In this document: one piece after another, positions 60,119-64,000 of the stretch
Layout: every line of letters starts with the position of its first letter
Position numbering within the stretch: the stretch's first letter is position 1
Assembly: GCA_023205875.1 (NCBI GenBank)
Contig: CP060759.1
Coordinates: 930,001-994,000 of the forward strand
Direction of reading: 5' to 3'
DNA: 64,000 bases
Origin: Chloropicon primus
Taxonomy: Eukaryota
Made by a program: the position numbers and the translations under genes
The notes under the pieces: model-generated
The model's database searches: none
What the model was told of the DNA's origin: nothing
Seen by the model: the letters and a program-made list of their open reading frames with translations, nothing else

Positions 60119-60925
60119 TCATCCTCGCTCCTCGCCCTCGTCGTCAGACGCACACCGCTTCCCTGGCACCCAACCAGGGATCAGGAGGGGGGTGGTCTCC
60201 TTGTACTCCAGGTAGGAGTCGAGATGTCCCCACTTTTTCTGCGCGCTCCTCTCCAGGAGCGGGATGCCTGACACGCAGGAGATCAAGACGGAGACGAAAA
60301 CGGGGGACACGGCGGCAAGATGCTCCGCGCCGCTTAGACTGGGCAAGCACACCAGATAGACGCCCAGCCAGACTATCATTTCCCCAAAGTAGTTCGGGTG
60401 GCGAGAATATCTCCACAGACCGCTAGAGATGAACCCCCCCTGGCCGTCCATCTTGAACTTGAACTTCTGCAGGTCCGCGATGCTTTCGGTGAGAAATCCG
60501 AGCGCGAACAAGCTCAGGCCGATGGAGTCCACCACACCAAATCCTCCGGCCGCGCTCGAACTCATGGCGAAGAGAAATGGAAGGAGGGTCACGTAGACCC
60601 AAAGGCCTTGGAGAAGCCAGTACACGGCATACGCGCCGGGCCTCCCCTTGACCTTGTCGAACCTCTGGTCCCCCCCGGTCTTGTGGACTCGGACCACCAA
60701 GAAGCTACCGAGGCGCAGGGCCCACAGCAACACGATTGCGCAAAGGACCACGTGCTTGGCCGACAGGGTTCCGCTGAGGAGGGACGCTATCGCGATGGCT
60801 ATGAACGTCAAGCTGCCGCACATGTCGTAGTACTTCTCCGTGGACAGCGCGCAAGACAACGCCCAACCTACCACCTGGATCCCCACGTCAATCAACGCAG
60901 CGGTCCCGAACAGACTGCTGTACAT
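60119..60925 (-). CDS. DUF1295 / steroid 5-alpha-reductase-like membrane protein
   Basis: TEKYYDMCGS, WALRLGSFL..R, GGDQRFD, ESIADLQKFKFK, GLWRYSRHPNYFGE and SGIPLLE. Start placed at MYSSLFG. Confidence 0.88.
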   Translation of the reverse strand: MYSSLFGTAALIDVGIQVVGWALSCALSTEKYYDMCGSLTFIAIAIASLLSGTLSAKHVVLCAIVLLWALRLGSFLVVRVHKTGGDQRFDKVKGRPGAYAVYWLLQGLWVYVTLLPFLFAMSSSAAGGFGVVDSIGLSLFALGFLTESIADLQKFKFKMDGQGGFISSGLWRYSRHPNYFGEMIVWLGVYLVCLPSLSGAEHLAAVSPVFVSVLISCVSGIPLLERSAQKKWGHLDSYLEYKETTPLLIPGWVPGKRCASDDEGEERG

Positions 60926-61382
60926 CCTTACTTCTCGGCGTCGTCCTCGCGCCCTTGAGCTGCCCAAGGACAGGTCCTTCCCCGTCGTCGTGTGCCTGCC
61001 GGTTCGCCTTCTCCCCCTCGTGACCTGAAAGGACGCCCTCGCGCTCGCACCTCTCACACGCACCGATGCCCTCGCTCCCCCCGCTCCTCCTCCTCCCCCT
61101 CCCTCTCTCCGCCTCTGCCGCTCTCCCCCCTCGCGATCCCGGAAACGTAATCGCAACAACCGAAGCAGGCACCTTCTCATCGAGCGCTCCAACCTTACTG
61201 CTTCACGTCGCTCTCCCCGAAGCAAAGCGAAGCGAAGCGAGCAAGAGCGAGTCAGGTCCTTCCACCTCGCGCGCGCTCCCGTCCCCTCGATCGCACGTGA
61301 GGAAAGCGTGGGGGAGGAGCGAGGAGTCCGATCGAGTCGCGATCGATCGTGAGGGGGGACGGAACCCATATCAAGGAGGAGG

Positions 61383-63780
61383 ATGGACGTGGGGAGGATG
61401 AAGGTGAACGAGCTGAGGGCGGAGCTCTCGAGGAGGGGTCTGGACACGAGCGGTCTGAAGGCCGGGCTGCAGGAGAGGCTTCGGGGCGCTCTGGAGGCGG
61501 AGGAGTCCAGGGAGGAGAGCCGAGGCAAGGACAGAGGGGAGGGGAGCGGTGATCCGCCACCACCAGCGCAGGGGCGGAGGGAGCAGCGCGGTGCGACGGG
61601 CGGCGGGCAGGCGAGCGGCAGTCGCACGGCGTACGCGGAGGCTGGTCCGAACACTCTGCGGATCCTCGTGGCGACGGACAACCACTTGGGGTACAAGGAG
61701 GACGATCTGGTCAGGAAGGACGACTCTTTCGACGCTTTCGAGGAGGTGTTCCGGATCGCCGTGGAGCGTAAAGCTGACCTCGTGATGCTGGGCGGCGACA
61801 TCTTTCACCACAACAAGCCCAGCAAGCGGACGATCTGCAAGACGATCGAGATACTGAGGAAGCACTGTCTGGACCAGGAGAGGAAGGTCCATTTCGAGGT
61901 GCTCAACGCCAAGGAGGAGGGCGTCTTCTCGAACAAGTTCGGCAGCACCGACTGCGACGACCCCAACTTTCAAGTCGGCCTTCCCACCTTCACCATTCAC
62001 GGCAACCACGACGACCCCGCGGGGGTCGATCAAGTGTCGCCCCTGGACATCCTGTCGTCCAGTAACTTGATCCACTACTACGGGAAGTCCGGCATCGAGG
62101 GGGAGGGCATGGGCCGCGTCACGATCAAGCCGGTGCTCCTGGGGAAGGGGAGCACGAAAGTTGCGCTGTACGGCTTGGGGTGGATCAAAGACGAGAGGCT
62201 CGCCAAGCTCTTCAGCACCCCGGACGGGGTGAAGTGGCAGACGCCCGAGGAGAACGGGAAGGAAAAGTGGTTCAACATCTTCACCGTGCACCAGAACAGG
62301 GTTCACCACAGCCCTAAGATGTGCATCAAGGAGCACCTGTTTTGGGACGGCCTGGACTTGGTGATTTGGGGTCACGAGCACGAGTCCATTCCCACGCCGG
62401 TCCAGGGGGAGAGGGACACGAACTACATGATCAGCCAGCTCGGGAGCACGGTGCACACCTCCCTGACGGAGGGGGAGGCGAAGCAGAAGCACTGCCTGCT
62501 GATCAACGTGGAGGGGGACCGCTGGAAGTCTGAGCCGATCCCGCTCAGGGCAGTGAGGCCTTTCATATTCGACAAGATTCTGCTCAGCCAGGAGCTGCCT
62601 TTGGGGAACCGCGACGAAGACTTTGACCTCGCTTCGGACGTGGAAGTCAGGTCCAGGGAGATCGAGAAGGTCATCGAGGAAAAGGTCGAGAGCTTGCTCA
62701 CTTGCTTGGCGCAAGACGGGGACGAGTCGCTCAAGGAAAAGCTGCCGCTCGTCAGGCTCAAGGTCGATTACTCGGGGTTCACGACGATAAACACGCAGAG
62801 GTTTGGGCAAAAATTCGTGGGGAGGGTCGCGAATCCAAACGACATCGTCACTTTTGTCAAGAAGAACAAGGACGCCAGGGAGGATCCCGGGGCTAAGCTC
62901 AACCAAAGCTCGGGCAGAGGGAAGTTCATCCCGGATGCCCAGGAGCAGGACTGCATCGACCAGCTCATTGCGGACAACTTGAGCTCTGATCTGGAATTCC
63001 TCAAAGTCAAGGACCTGAACCAGGCTCTGCACGAGTTTGTCGAGAAGGACGAAGCCAAGGCTTTCCACGAGTGCATCGAGAAGGCGGTGGACGATGCGAC
63101 GGTGAAGGGGGCCAACGGCACCACGAGCGCCCAGCACAATGACCTGGTCGACGATCTCCTGGGAGACTTCGCGGTGGACATGGATGACGAGGAGGAGGAC
63201 GAGGGCAAGAAGAAGGCAGCGAAAAAGGGCAAGGGGAAAAAGAAAACGACTTGGGACAGCGACAGCGACGAGGAATGGACCCAGAGAAAGCCTGCAAAAA
63301 AGGCTGCGGCTGCAAGGAAACCAAAGCTGGGTGGAAGTGCCACCAAGAGGCAGAAGACCATGCAAGACTTCACTCAGGGTTCTCAACAGCCGGGGAGGAA
63401 GTCCCAGCGGTCTCTCCCCCTGAGCTTATCCCAGAGGAGTAATGCTGCCTCCCAGCGGAGCAGCAGATCTGCAAAGAAGCAAAAAACTCAGGAGGAGGAC
63501 CCCGTGGACTCCCAGGACTCTCAGGTAATCCGGACACAAGTTTCATCATCATCCGCATCCGTTTCCATTCGACTGACTTCTCTCGCGCGTGTCTGCGGGC
63601 GTTGCGGCATCGGCTTGATTGCAGGACTCACTGGACTTCTTGACCCCCGCCGGGGGAGGGGAAGTTTCAAAGAACATCACCAGGGGCGGGAACTTCTTCC
63701 AGCGGTCCAGGTCCAAACAGAATCAAGGCACCCAAGGACGCACCAGGTCCTTGCCCAGATCGTGGGGCAAGGCCCTGTAA
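61383..63780 (+). CDS. MRE11: Double-strand break repair nuclease MRE11 with an N-terminal SAP domain; exons 61383-63524 and 63625-63780
   Basis: Phosphoesterase motifs ATDNHLG, GGDIFH, IHGNHDD, VHQNR and WGHEH, plus [12 protein letters not shown] and [13 protein letters not shown]. Phase-0 GT..AG intron near the 3' end. Confidence 0.93.
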
Positions 63781-64000
63781 ATTTTTTTTCTGCAATGTAT
63801 CTCAAAGGAGAGAAGCAAGTGCCAAGCAAAATGACGTGACAAGGCAAACTGGTCATGCCATGCAATCACCCAGCATCTCTTCCACCTCCTCCCTCCCTCT
63901 CTTCTCCCTCTCTCTCCCTCAAATCTTAAGGCTCCTGTTTAGTTGGGTTGGGATCGGGTGAGAAAAATCCTCCGAGGAGAGGGCGATGGCGACGACCACC

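Noticed and set aside
56143..60925. LACS and DUF1295 reductase as PKS tailoring genes
   Set aside because: They lie about 25 kb away with unrelated housekeeping genes in between. The LACS has a PTS2-like signal, suggesting beta-oxidation. There is no evidence of co-regulation.
60926..61801. N-terminal extension of ORF 60119..61801
   Set aside because: Low-complexity read-through across the divergent promoter and antisense to MRE11; recognisable DUF1295 sequence starts at the Met at 60925.
56137..63386. Long antisense ORFs (e.g. 56137..58371 +, 61371..63386 -)
   Set aside because: They mirror real GC3-rich genes on the opposite strand and contain no protein motifs.
35166..63780. DNA-repair cluster (REV3, CRY-DASH, MRE11)
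   Set aside because: The genes are interspersed with unrelated genes, and chance proximity in a compact genome is sufficient.
63986..64000. Possible start of the next gene (ATGGCGACGACCACC)
   Set aside because: Only five codons before the window edge, so it cannot be supported.

Overview
Eukaryotic nuclear DNA from a compact, intron-poor photosynthetic organism. GT-AG introns, a plant-type AGPase, an AP2 factor and an HP20-like protein point to a green alga; a prasinophyte/Chloropicon-like source is inference only. Bases 1-31916 are the 3' part of a giant, intronless, AT-less modular type I polyketide synthase (PKS). It has seven near-identical modules (KS-DH-KR-ACP or KS-DH-KR-ER-ACP) and a terminal thioesterase, with a 1-bp frameshift at ~25200. 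The modules differ almost only at small functional islands: the DH catalytic His, a KS substrate loop that tracks upstream chemistry, and an ER cassette that sits after the KR and looks PTGR3/ZADH2-like. The rest is GC-richer housekeeping DNA: a six-exon Tim17/22 (HP20-like) gene missed by the ORF track, an ATPase-domain-only Hsp70, REV3 (Pol zeta), an AP2 protein, an RRM-SAP-~21xKH protein, CRY-DASH, an ankyrin remnant, AGPase large subunit, RPL7A, a peroxisomal LACS, a SnRK2-like kinase, a DUF1295 protein and a SAP-fused MRE11. REV3 carries a 364-aa LAGLIDADG intein in its YGD|TDS catalytic motif. The top candidates for novelty are the REV3 intein and the PKS programming/ER architecture. All calls come from motif recognition by eye; no database searches were run.
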